Of a stretch of 64,000 bases of DNA, positions 29,336 through 38,532 are shown piece by piece. The translations under genes and the position numbers were made by a program. Origin of the DNA: a virus. The notes beneath the pieces are model-generated. The model did not search any database. It had not been told where the DNA came from and saw only the letters and a list, made by a program, of their open reading frames with translations. The stretch lies in IMG/VR virus record IMGVR_UViG_3300030098_005409. One strand, 5' to 3'. The number at the start of each line of letters is the position of its first letter. The stretch's first letter is position 1.

Positions 29336-29742
29336 TTCTTAGATACCTTCCAGCCGCCCATCATACCTCCAGGCATATCATATTCTTCAACATTTACAGA
29401 ATCATCCTGCTGCAGTCTTGTCCAGATTTTGGTGCCAGCCGGCGATTGCGATGGATCACTATATAGCACCCCCACATGATCGAGAAGCCACTTATAGAAA
29501 TCAGTCATATAGAAAGCAGCGTCTGATTCTTTTTTTGCATATTTGACTCTCACGCCATCTTCGTGAGGAACTACGTCCAACGTAGCTTTTGTTTTCCCCT
29601 CGGGATCCATTACAGAATAAACTATAACGTCGCCGCCGAAAGGACTAGATTCGCTAGACTGCAACACCTGATGTTTTCCAAAAGAACCCACTTCCTGGTT
29701 TTCTACCAAATACTTCCGCCAGTTTTCAAGGATTAGTTTCAT
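29332..29742 (-). CDS. Tagged protein, possible GNAT-like fold
   Basis: 'MKLILENWRKYLVE'; 'LYSDPSQSPAGTKIWTRL'. Confidence 0.5.
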   Translation of the reverse strand: MKLILENWRKYLVENQEVGSFGKHQVLQSSESSPFGGDVIVYSVMDPEGKTKATLDVVPHEDGVRVKYAKKESDAAFYMTDFYKWLLDHVGVLYSDPSQSPAGTKIWTRLQQDDSVNVEEYDMPGGMMGGWKVSKK

Positions 29743-29744
29743 GA

Positions 29745-30182
29745 CTAGTCCTTCCCGATATTACTTCTGTCCTGCCATTCGTGAGATGTTTCATCTGTAT
29801 CAATAGGGCCACCCGCAGCCCATGTATAGCACGTGCGCGCGCTGTGGCATTTAAAATGATGCATCCAGCAATAACCTAGCCGACCTTCTTCATCTTCAAT
29901 GGGCCCTGGAAAGCATTCGTCCATTCTTGGCGAGATATCAAACGCCGCGCAATTATTGCACATTGATTGTTTTGCAACCTCAACGGTTGTGTTCCAGTGC
30001 TCTGCCAGTCTATCATAGTATGCTTCATCAGCAAGATTAAGGGGTCCGTATTGAATGTGCTCTGCTTTGATGGCAGAATCACGGTTCTTTGTGTTTAATT
30101 CTAAATCCTGTGTGGCAGGGGGGCAAATGTATTTCTTTGCCTCTGTCAAAAACCTTTTCCAGTTTTCAAGTAGGAGTTTCAC
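29745..30182 (-). CDS. Tagged Cys/His-rich metal-binding protein
   Basis: GTG start 'MKLLLENWKRFLTE'; 'CNNC...GYCWMHHFKCHSARTC'. Confidence 0.65.
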   Translation of the reverse strand: MKLLLENWKRFLTEAKKYICPPATQDLELNTKNRDSAIKAEHIQYGPLNLADEAYYDRLAEHWNTTVEVAKQSMCNNCAAFDISPRMDECFPGPIEDEEGRLGYCWMHHFKCHSARTCYTWAAGGPIDTDETSHEWQDRSNIGKD

Positions 30183-30565
30183 TCTACTCCTCCAAACATT
30201 TTCTTAAACTTCTCGGGTGTCTCAGCTTCCTCGGAGACATCAAGGATCTTTGCCTTTATTGTTTCAACCTCTTGATTGATTGCTTTTTGTAGCCGATGGT
30301 TGCCATCCAAAACATACTTGAGCTGCCCATCTTTCTTGATGACTATAATAGGAAACTCTAAGCTCGCTGCTGCTACTCGCTCCTCACCTCTGGTTGGAAG
30401 AGGGGGTATTTGTTTGGAAAGTTCTAAAACATTAATGTCAATAGTTTTGTCTCCCAAGAAATCATCTATCTCTCCAAGTGTAACCTTTCCCTCATCATTT
30501 TCCCACGATGTATCGCGCCAACTTTCTGTAAGATACTGCCGCCAGTTTTCAAGGATAAGTTTCAT
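30179..30565 (-). CDS. Tagged ParB/Sulfiredoxin-like protein
   Basis: 'MKLILENWRQYLTE'; 'PIIV...VLDGNHRL'. Confidence 0.75.
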   Translation of the reverse strand: MKLILENWRQYLTESWRDTSWENDEGKVTLGEIDDFLGDKTIDINVLELSKQIPPLPTRGEERVAAASLEFPIIVIKKDGQLKYVLDGNHRLQKAINQEVETIKAKILDVSEEAETPEKFKKMFGGVE

Positions 30566-30570
30566 TTGTT

Positions 30571-31485
30571 TTACCACTTCTTACAGGACCAGTAGCGTGC
30601 CTTTGTTTTGGGTCCTGGGTTATCACAGTTGTGTCGAGCCCGGAAAGACTTGCGTCTCTTTGGATTAGACTTCTTGATTCTCATCTTCTTATCACCGAAA
30701 TTAACCTTCTTTACATTTCCGGTTTTCGGATCTTTGACATAAACTTTGAATTTTTTAACATCTCCACGCGTGGGTTTGTTGAGAGTAACCTTGCGACCCT
30801 GGTATTCTGCCTCGTAGACAAGATCAGGGCAGCCACAGGTAGCTGTATCTAGTTGTTCTACCAAGCAAGCAACACACGCTGGGGTACCGTCATCAAGGAA
30901 AGCTTCTGTTAAGTAAGGAAGAATATCGTTCTCCAAAAGATGACGATTAACCTCTTCTGCGATAATGCCATACAATTCGTCTCTGTTCATATCAAGATTC
31001 TCCTTCTTGGCGCCTTTCTTGCCCCAAGACTTGCCTTTTCCTTTTTCCTTACAAGCCCCCGGAGTTGGGCGGCAAGCAGGGTACTTAGAGCGCTTCTCGC
31101 CCTTCTCGCGGCCACAAGACTTATAGCCACCCTTGCCGTCTGGGGCATTACAATCAACCCAGCCACTCTTCTTTCCCTTGGCGCCTTTGCGTCCAAACCA
31201 ATCTCGGAGGCTACTTTCTTTACTAGATTCAGTTCCGGCTTTTTTCTTTTTGGCTTCTTCAAGAAGGTCTTCATACTCTGTGTTCTCTGCAAGATCGGCA
31301 TCTTCGATCTCCTCTTTGACACCCTTCCAGATTTTACCGGCTCGACAGCGCACAACGGCGCCGGAAGCATATGCTGAGGGCCATACATCATATTTACGTT
31401 TAGCGATTCTTGTGCAACGATCATCTTTTTCTTCGATGATGTCTTCTTCTAGATAAGAACTCCAGCTTTCAAATAAGTACTTCAT
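30571..31485 (-). CDS. Tagged multidomain basic, Cys-containing protein
   Basis: 'MKYLFESWSSYLEE'; internal 'ELYGIIAEEV'; 'WPSAYASGAVVRCR', 'RRKSFRARHNC...ARYWSCKKW'. Confidence 0.65.
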   Translation of the reverse strand: MKYLFESWSSYLEEDIIEEKDDRCTRIAKRKYDVWPSAYASGAVVRCRAGKIWKGVKEEIEDADLAENTEYEDLLEEAKKKKAGTESSKESSLRDWFGRKGAKGKKSGWVDCNAPDGKGGYKSCGREKGEKRSKYPACRPTPGACKEKGKGKSWGKKGAKKENLDMNRDELYGIIAEEVNRHLLENDILPYLTEAFLDDGTPACVACLVEQLDTATCGCPDLVYEAEYQGRKVTLNKPTRGDVKKFKVYVKDPKTGNVKKVNFGDKKMRIKKSNPKRRKSFRARHNCDNPGPKTKARYWSCKKW

Positions 31486-31486
31486 T

Positions 31487-31771
31487 CTATTCTTTACCCT
31501 TCCCTTGCATCCTAAGTAGTCTATCTTCGGCGTATTTTGCCCTCATATCGCCCAAGCCACGGTCAATTTTTTCAAGAGCTTGGGCTAACATCTTTTCTTG
31601 GGTGGTTAATTTAGAGACAATCATCTCTTGATGATACTGCCGTGCTTCTTTAGCAGCCTTGTCTTCTTCCTTCTTGTCCTTGCGCTGTTGCCAGTTCATA
31701 AACAGCAAAGAAGCAGTCCATAATCCGAGGACTCCATACTGCGCTAACCCTTTTATTATCTCAAGTTCCAC
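31487..31771 (-). CDS. Single-pass membrane protein with coiled coil (holin-like candidate)
   Basis: N-terminal hydrophobic helix; close to the amidase. Confidence 0.4.
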   Translation of the reverse strand: MELEIIKGLAQYGVLGLWTASLLFMNWQQRKDKKEEDKAAKEARQYHQEMIVSKLTTQEKMLAQALEKIDRGLGDMRAKYAEDRLLRMQGKGKE

Positions 31772-31790
31772 TCAATAATTAGTGACCTTC

Positions 31791-32108
31791 TTAGAGGAGA
31801 TGTTTTTTGTCTTTAATATTTTTATACTTTTCTGCTTCTGGATGAGGGTCTATAGAATACTCAATTTCCGGGGCAGTCCGGGAAAGCCTCTCGTTAATCT
31901 GTATAAATTCTACTTGGTCAGCCGGAATTTCAAAGTCCCCATATATTGCATCCACAGGACACATTGGTTCACAGGCATCACAATTTATGCAAATCTCAGG
32001 ATCAATAACCAGCATATCCGGAGCTTCTCTAAAAGCGTACACAGGACATGCATCGACACAATCAGTATATTTGCATTTAATGCAAGCCTCAGTTACAACG
32101 TAAGCCAT
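31791..32108 (-). CDS. fdxA: Ferredoxin, FdxA/7Fe type
   Basis: 'CIKCKYTDCVDACPV...CINCDACEPMCPV'. Confidence 0.9.
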   Translation of the reverse strand: MAYVVTEACIKCKYTDCVDACPVYAFREAPDMLVIDPEICINCDACEPMCPVDAIYGDFEIPADQVEFIQINERLSRTAPEIEYSIDPHPEAEKYKNIKDKKHLL

Positions 32109-32510
32109 TTAGGTAAAGTCCTTCGGATCTCTATACTTCTGGCGTACTTTTTCAGAGATAGGGATCGCCTCGCCATCACCATCAATACGAACGAAGGTCA
32201 TCTGGGTACTGACGACTGCTTTCTGTGTGCCGTTATACACGGAGTGCCTTCTGGCCTCCATATTCAGCGTTAGAGAGGTTTTACCCACCTTGGCCACCTC
32301 TCCATATATCTTGATGATTTGCCCGGGCCTAGCGGGCTTCTGAAAGGTCATAGAAGCGATGTGCTTCGTGACCATTCTAGGCGTGTCGGCAACTTGAGCA
32401 GCAAATGCTGCTGCAGCTTCGTCAAGCCATGCCATCATAATGCCTCCAAAGAGGTTGTCGTGATAGCCTACGTCATTCTTCTTCACGAAGTGCGTTGATA
32501 TGAGTTGCAT
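32109..32510 (-). CDS. Acyl-CoA thioesterase (hotdog fold, YciA-like)
   Basis: 'NLFGGIMMAWLDEAAA', 'GKTSL', 'MTFVRID'. Confidence 0.9.
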   Translation of the reverse strand: MQLISTHFVKKNDVGYHDNLFGGIMMAWLDEAAAAFAAQVADTPRMVTKHIASMTFQKPARPGQIIKIYGEVAKVGKTSLTLNMEARRHSVYNGTQKAVVSTQMTFVRIDGDGEAIPISEKVRQKYRDPKDFT

Positions 32511-32691
32511 TTAAAATACTATCTTTCTTTCTTAAAATTTGTTGGTTAATCTTCTTAATCTGATCGCAGCTACCAGTTTCTTTACAAAGGCTATCAAGTT
32601 TTGACTTAAGCCTCTCAACCTTAACCAGTAATTCGTTAACAGCAGAGCTTATCTCATTTATCTCTTCTTGTTTAGAGTCCATTCTCTTCAA
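32473..32691 (-). CDS. Small coiled-coil protein
   Basis: ORF track; heptad pattern. Confidence 0.45.
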   Translation of the reverse strand: MKRMDSKQEEINEISSAVNELLVKVERLKSKLDSLCKETGSCDQIKKINQQILRKKDSILNATHINALREEE

Positions 32692-33361
32692 TCTCCAGCA
32701 TCATATTATAATGTGCGTTTGCAATTGCCTGCCTAACATTAGGGTCCATCAAATTAACAGCATCATCAAAGTTTGTCATAAATCCGTTTTCAGATAAGAC
32801 TGCAGGCATATGCGTCTTTCTTAGAACATAGAAGTTTGCCCAAGTTTCATTTGCTCGGATACCTCGATCACGGAAAGGAGTTAATTCAGCAAGCCACTTT
32901 TGAAGGGATTTAGCCAACACCTCACCAGTCGCGCTGCGATAATGGTAAAAAGTACAGGTCCCCCTTGCACTATTAAAGTCCTTCCCATTGCCAAAAGCAT
33001 TGGAGTGAACAGAAACATAAATACAGTTTTGTTTTTCTTGGTGGATTTTGTTTGCTATTGTAACACGCTGCCGAAGTGATATATCTTCCTCTGTGTCGAC
33101 AACGTTCACGGCATCTAAAGCAAACCGAAGCCAATGCTTTGGTCTTTTAAGAGGTGGCTTGCCTTTCATAAGGTAATGACCTTTTTCTCCCCATTTGCCA
33201 GAACATAAATCCATTATTCTAGCCACAACATCTCTGTTGAACTCGCCTTCGTATAAGCGAGACCCATCCGGAAACTCTGGAGATCTTTTTCCGGCAGTTT
33301 GATAAACTCCGTCAATAAAGCCTCCGTGACCCGGGTCCAATAACCATGTATAGCGTGACAT
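32672..33361 (-). CDS. N-acetylmuramoyl-L-alanine amidase (Amidase_3), probable endolysin
   Basis: 'LDPGH', 'YEGE', 'SVHSNA', 'VLSENGF'. Confidence 0.9.
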   Translation of the reverse strand: MSRYTWLLDPGHGGFIDGVYQTAGKRSPEFPDGSRLYEGEFNRDVVARIMDLCSGKWGEKGHYLMKGKPPLKRPKHWLRFALDAVNVVDTEEDISLRQRVTIANKIHQEKQNCIYVSVHSNAFGNGKDFNSARGTCTFYHYRSATGEVLAKSLQKWLAELTPFRDRGIRANETWANFYVLRKTHMPAVLSENGFMTNFDDAVNLMDPNVRQAIANAHYNMMLEIEENGL

Positions 33362-33379
33362 TCTCTAAAAAACTCCCAC

Positions 33380-33880
33380 TTATAAATACTCTTTCCATTT
33401 GGAATTGGCATTTCCAATCTTTTTCTTAATTATAGAGTGATAGGATGGTGCCTTTGGAGGTCTTAAAAGCTTGACGGGAGCATCTTCGGGCATATGATTG
33501 CCTTTTAGTTGATTACATCCTCTACAAGCAGCTACAACGTTGTCCCACGTCGTTTGTCCGCCTTTGGAACAAGGAATTACATGATCTATCGTCAATTCGC
33601 TTTCTTTGAAGCGATTTCCGCAATATTGGCAATGAAAATTGTCACGAAGAAGAATATTTTTCCTCACACAAGCTACATCAAAGAATTTTTCGTCAATATA
33701 GCGAAATAAAACGATCACGGAGGGTATCTGGAAGGCTTCTTTGGCTGAATGAACCCATTTATCAGTCCATTCAGCAGCCCAAGCCTTTTTGAGCCACGTA
33801 AGGACAACAGCTTCTTGCCAGGAGATAACTCCTATTGGTTTGAATGAAGAATCTAATTTTAGAACGGTCACATTGTCCAT
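33380..33880 (-). CDS. HNH endonuclease
   Basis: 'CQYCG...TIDHVIP.SKGG...NVVAACRGCN..K'. Confidence 0.9.
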   Translation of the reverse strand: MDNVTVLKLDSSFKPIGVISWQEAVVLTWLKKAWAAEWTDKWVHSAKEAFQIPSVIVLFRYIDEKFFDVACVRKNILLRDNFHCQYCGNRFKESELTIDHVIPCSKGGQTTWDNVVAACRGCNQLKGNHMPEDAPVKLLRPPKAPSYHSIIKKKIGNANSKWKEYL

Positions 33881-33938
33881 AAATTACAGAATTGGCTTGT
33901 TCACAAAGTAAATAGAGAATCGTAAGCCAAAATAAAAC

Positions 33939-33967
33939 TTGAAGTCTGATGATTTTTCGATTATACT
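33939..33967 (+). promoter_or_regulatory. sigma70-like promoter for yeaH-spoVR-prkA
   Basis: TTGAAG-17-TATACT; AGTATTTA also lies 4 nt before the yeaH ATG. Confidence 0.5.
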
Positions 33968-34022
33968 AGGAAGAAGAGCCAAACTAAAATGTTTTTAGGC
34001 AGTGTAAGAAAGTATTTAATGT

Positions 34023-35261
34023 ATGAGCGTATTTCGCAAGCATGAATCAATTGTCGACCGGTCAGCTAGCGACCGAACCCGACACAAAAAGAAGATCGAA
34101 AAAGCAATCAAAGAATCTATCAAAGATGTGGTTGCAGACGAGTCAATTATCGGGCAAAATGGCAAGAAAAAGATTCGAATTCCTGTTAGAGGACTCAAAG
34201 AGTATCGTTTTGTCTATGGATCTGGCAAGAAAAACAAGACTGTTGGATCTGGCGGCGATCATAAGCTTAAAAGAGGTCAAAAGATTGGTAAACAACGTGC
34301 GAAGAAGGGGTCTGGACAGGGAACTGGCAAGGCAAGCAATAAAAAAGGCGATCAATACTACGATGTGGAGGTTACTCTTGAGGAATTGGCTGAATATCTC
34401 TTCGCTGACCTCGAACTCCCAGATTTAGAGAAGAAACAGTTCCGCTTCATCACCCAGGAGACCGTAAAGCGCAAAGGATATCGCTTCCAGGGCATCCGAC
34501 CGAGACTTTCAAAGAAGGAAACTCTAAAAAGAAAGATTCGACGCCAAAAAATGGCTGAAAAGACCGGCGCTTACGACCCTGAGTCCGATGAGCGCTTCCC
34601 TTTTCACAAAGATGACATGAAATATCATCACATCAAGCCCAAGGCAAAGGAAAACTCATCAGCAGTCATCTTTTTCTTGATGGATGTGTCCGGATCGATG
34701 TCTCAGGACCGCAAATATCTTGCAAGATCCTTCTTTTTCCTTCTTTATCAGTTTTTGAACCACCGATACGAGCGAGTTGAGGTCGTTTTTATCTCCCACT
34801 CCACTCATGCCGAGCGAGTAAACGAAGATGACTTCTTTAAAGTCGGCACATACGGCGGAACTATCATCTCTTCGGCACTTAATCGACAAATGGAGATTGT
34901 TGAGAAAGAATTTCACCCAAATGCTTGGAATATTTATACATTTTACTGTGGCGATGGTGAAAATTGGGCATCTGACAACGAAAAGTGCATTGATTTGTTT
35001 AAAGAAATCAAAGAAGTCAGTCAATTAACGGCTTATTGTGAAATAAATGAGCACTATAAGGGCTTGGATGATGAATCCCTACAAGATGATAGGTTTAAAA
35101 CCAGCCCCTGGGCCAATTTTTCAGCGTGGAAAAACGAAGAAATGGATAATTTGTGGTCCAAATTGAAACCAATTACTGATAATAAGTTTAAGAGAGTAAT
35201 GATTGGACAAACAGAACATATTTGGTTGGCATTTAAAACACTTTTCGGCGGGAGTAAGTAA
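34023..35261 (+). CDS. yeaH: YeaH/YhbH (DUF444) vWA-domain protein
   Basis: 'RHKKKI', 'RIPV', 'EYRF'; MIDAS 'MDVSGSM', 'GGTIISS', 'GDGEN'. Confidence 0.92.
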   Translation: MSVFRKHESIVDRSASDRTRHKKKIEKAIKESIKDVVADESIIGQNGKKKIRIPVRGLKEYRFVYGSGKKNKTVGSGGDHKLKRGQKIGKQRAKKGSGQGTGKASNKKGDQYYDVEVTLEELAEYLFADLELPDLEKKQFRFITQETVKRKGYRFQGIRPRLSKKETLKRKIRRQKMAEKTGAYDPESDERFPFHKDDMKYHHIKPKAKENSSAVIFFLMDVSGSMSQDRKYLARSFFFLLYQFLNHRYERVEVVFISHSTHAERVNEDDFFKVGTYGGTIISSALNRQMEIVEKEFHPNAWNIYTFYCGDGENWASDNEKCIDLFKEIKEVSQLTAYCEINEHYKGLDDESLQDDRFKTSPWANFSAWKNEEMDNLWSKLKPITDNKFKRVMIGQTEHIWLAFKTLFGGSK

Positions 35262-35262
35262 A

Positions 35263-36570
35263 ATGAGTGACTGGACAGTTGCAGATTTGCAAAAATGGGA
35301 TGACAAAATCTGTCGCGTTGGCGAAGATTTTGGTTTAGACTGGTTCCCGATTGATTATGAGATCATTGATTACGCTGAAATGCTTGGAGCGATGGCTTAT
35401 ACGGGACTTCCAACCCATTATCGCCACTGGTCGTACGGAAAAGAGTACGAAAGAACCCACACACTTTACAATATGGGCCAGACCGGACTACCTTATGAGA
35501 TGATTATTAACTCAAATCCGTCTATCGCATACTTGATGAGAGAAAACGCTCTCTACATTCACATTTTGACGATGGCGCACTGTGTTGGTCACTCGGATTT
35601 CTTCAAACAGAACCGTATGTTCGCGCATACAGACCCAGCTAACATCATTGTGAGCTTTAAATCAGCCGCCAAATACGTACGTCAGCTAATTGAGGATCCT
35701 TCAATCGGGATTGATAGAGTTGAGAAGATTTTGGACGCAGCGCATTCAATCAAGTATCAGGTTCCAAGATATCCAGGAATCAAATATAAGACCCGTGAGG
35801 AGGTTCTTGAGATTGAAAAAGACAAAATGGCTGAGAATATTAACTACAAACCGGACTTATCCAAGGTTCCTTTGCGCCCAGAGTACAACCTATTACGGTT
35901 TATTGCCGAGAACAGCAAACATTTGGAAGAATGGGAAAGAAATCTTATCCTTATTGTTGAGGAATCGTCCAAATACTTCATTCCTCAGGCTCTGACCAAG
36001 GTTATGAACGAAGGATGGGCTTGTACGATCCACCAAAAGATTATTAACGAGTTGAATTTGCCTGATAGTTTGTATCTTCCCTTTATTAAGCTACACAATC
36101 AGGTTATTCGACCGCACTTGGGGCAACTCAACCCTTACCACCTGGGTTATAAGTTGTTCCAGAAGATCATTGAAGAGAAAGGCTTTGAGGAAGCAATGAC
36201 AATCCGAGAAGTCCACAATGATATAACGTTTCTTCGTTTCTACATGGATGAAGAGTTTATGAAAGAGAACAACTATTTCTCATACTCTTTTGATAAAAAG
36301 AAGCAGTCGTCTGTTGTAGACGACATATCTGACGGAGAAGGCTGGGAAAATGTTAGAGATGCCATGATTGGAAATGTTGGTCTCAACAGATTACCCGTCG
36401 TCTTTGTCGACGAGGTAGAGAAAGATAACACCCTTTGTCTTGTTCATGAACATGACGGTAGGGATATAGAGTTGAATTATGCCCGAAAGGTTTTCGAATT
36501 TATTGAAACTCTTTGGGGAGATAGTGTAAAATTAATCACAATAGTGGAAGATGAAATATGGGAGTTTTAG
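35263..36570 (+). CDS. spoVR: SpoVR/YcgB family protein
   Basis: 'HYRHWSYGK', 'YEMIINSNP', 'AHCVGHSDFFK', 'MNEGWA', 'NPYHLG'; start at ATG 35263. Confidence 0.92.
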   Translation: MSDWTVADLQKWDDKICRVGEDFGLDWFPIDYEIIDYAEMLGAMAYTGLPTHYRHWSYGKEYERTHTLYNMGQTGLPYEMIINSNPSIAYLMRENALYIHILTMAHCVGHSDFFKQNRMFAHTDPANIIVSFKSAAKYVRQLIEDPSIGIDRVEKILDAAHSIKYQVPRYPGIKYKTREEVLEIEKDKMAENINYKPDLSKVPLRPEYNLLRFIAENSKHLEEWERNLILIVEESSKYFIPQALTKVMNEGWACTIHQKIINELNLPDSLYLPFIKLHNQVIRPHLGQLNPYHLGYKLFQKIIEEKGFEEAMTIREVHNDITFLRFYMDEEFMKENNYFSYSFDKKKQSSVVDDISDGEGWENVRDAMIGNVGLNRLPVVFVDEVEKDNTLCLVHEHDGRDIELNYARKVFEFIETLWGDSVKLITIVEDEIWEF

Positions 36571-36571
36571 C

Positions 36572-38506
36572 ATGACCACAACAAAGAAATTCCTCGAATC
36601 GGTTAGGGAACACCGTGAGAGTAAGAAGAGAGAAAAGTTCTCCGGGGTATTGGAAGACTACCTAAAACTAATTGAGGAAGACCGAGATATTCCGGTGCTT
36701 GCTCACAAAAGACTTTACGAAAAGATTATTGGAGAAGGGGTCACTGTCTTGGATGAGACTGATGCTCGTTGTAATAAGCTTTTCAATGGCGAGACCGTAA
36801 AGACATACGATTATTTCTCCGGTCAGTTCTTCGGAATGGAGCGCCCACTAGAAAAGGTCGTGCGCTTCCTTCACTCTGCCGCGATGAAGGGCGAGGAGAG
36901 TCGTCAGGTTCTTCTTCTCTTGGGTCCGGTAGGTGCCGGTAAGTCTGCTCTTGTAGAACACATTAAGGGAGCGCTTGAAGAGTGCGACCCAATTTTTACT
37001 TTGGATGGCTGCCCAATCCGCGAGGAGCCACTTCACCTTATCCCACGTTCATTACGCGCCGAATTTGCCGACACGTACAACATCAAGATCGAAGGTGACC
37101 TTTGTCCCGTATGTCGTCACAGGCTTATTAATGAGTTTGGCGGCGATTTCACTAAGTTCCCAATCACTGAGTCCTCTTTTTCTGTCCGCGGCCGCAAGGG
37201 TGTCGGCGTTGTTCCCCCAATGGATCCCAACACACAGGACACCAGCCTTCTTATCGGCTCTGAGGATATTTCAAAGCTGGACTTGTACCCAGAAGACGAC
37301 CCGAGAGTTCTTTCGCTCAACGGAGCGTTCAACGTTGGTAACCGAGGCATTGTTGAATTCGTTGAGGTCTTCAAGAACGAGATTGAGTTCCTTCACACAA
37401 TGATTACCGCAACCCAGGAAAAGTCAGTTCCCTCTCCTGGTAAGCAGGCAATGATTTACTTTGATGGCGTCATTCTTGCTCACTGCAACGAAGCTGAATG
37501 GAACAAATTCAAGGCTGAGCACACAAACGAAGCTATCCTTGATCGTATTGTCCGTGTCAATGTTCCTTACTGCCTTGAAGTAGATCAGGAGATAAAGATT
37601 TATGAGAAGCTTATCGGTCGTTCGGACTTCGATAGTCATATCGCACCACACACACTTCAGGTGGCTGCAATGTTCTCCGTTCTTTCTCGCCTCAAGCCTT
37701 CCAACAAGGTTGATGCTCTCACCAAGATGAAGATTTACAACGGTCAAGAGATTGTCGAGAAGGGCCTTATCAAAAAGGTTGATATCAGAGACCTTCGCGA
37801 AGAAGTTGAGGATGAGGGTATGACTGGCATCTCAACTCGTTTCATTATGAAGGCGATTGATGCTGCTCTTGCTGACTCCACAAAGAATATGATTACACCA
37901 ATCTCTATTCGCGAGTCTCTCATCAAGCAGGTTAAGGAGCAGATTGTTAATCCAGACGAGCGTAAGCGCTGCCTAGAGTTCCTACAGAAGGTTCTTCACG
38001 AAGAGTATCTTTCCATTCTTGAGAAGGAAATTACAAAGGCATTTGTCACTGCTTATGAAGAGCAGGCTGAGTCTCTCTTCAACAACTATCTTGATCACGC
38101 TGAAGCTTACGTTAACAACACGAAGGTCAAGGATCGTGTGACCAATGAAGAAATGGACGCTGACGAGAAATTCTTGGCCTCAATTGAGGAGCAGATTGGT
38201 ATCAAGGGCTCAGCTAAGAACAACTTCCGTGCTGATATTACTTCTTACATGTTTGCCAAGCTTCGCAGAGGTGAGGTTATTGACTGGCGTTCTTACGGTC
38301 CTCTCCGCGAGGCTATTGAAGCTAAGTTGGTTGCCTCGGTAAGAGACATCTCTCGTATTGTCACCAAGTCTAAGTCTCGTGATGTTAAACAACAGAAGAA
38401 GTTTAACGCCATGGTTCAGACCTTAATTGACAACTACGGTTATAACGAGGACTCAGCCGAAGAAGTAATTAAGTTTGCTTCGAATAATTTATGGCGCGAT
38501 TCATAA
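36572..38506 (+). CDS. prkA: PrkA/YeaG AAA+ protein (annotated as serine protein kinase)
   Basis: 'FFGME', Walker A 'GPVGAGKS', 'GCPIREEPL', 'GSEDISKL', 'NRGIVEFVE', 'NEAILDR'; start at ATG 36572. Confidence 0.93.
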   Translation: MTTTKKFLESVREHRESKKREKFSGVLEDYLKLIEEDRDIPVLAHKRLYEKIIGEGVTVLDETDARCNKLFNGETVKTYDYFSGQFFGMERPLEKVVRFLHSAAMKGEESRQVLLLLGPVGAGKSALVEHIKGALEECDPIFTLDGCPIREEPLHLIPRSLRAEFADTYNIKIEGDLCPVCRHRLINEFGGDFTKFPITESSFSVRGRKGVGVVPPMDPNTQDTSLLIGSEDISKLDLYPEDDPRVLSLNGAFNVGNRGIVEFVEVFKNEIEFLHTMITATQEKSVPSPGKQAMIYFDGVILAHCNEAEWNKFKAEHTNEAILDRIVRVNVPYCLEVDQEIKIYEKLIGRSDFDSHIAPHTLQVAAMFSVLSRLKPSNKVDALTKMKIYNGQEIVEKGLIKKVDIRDLREEVEDEGMTGISTRFIMKAIDAALADSTKNMITPISIRESLIKQVKEQIVNPDERKRCLEFLQKVLHEEYLSILEKEITKAFVTAYEEQAESLFNNYLDHAEAYVNNTKVKDRVTNEEMDADEKFLASIEEQIGIKGSAKNNFRADITSYMFAKLRRGEVIDWRSYGPLREAIEAKLVASVRDISRIVTKSKSRDVKQQKKFNAMVQTLIDNYGYNEDSAEEVIKFASNNLWRDS

Positions 38507-38532
38507 ACTCCCACTTCCACTATTAGAAGCGC

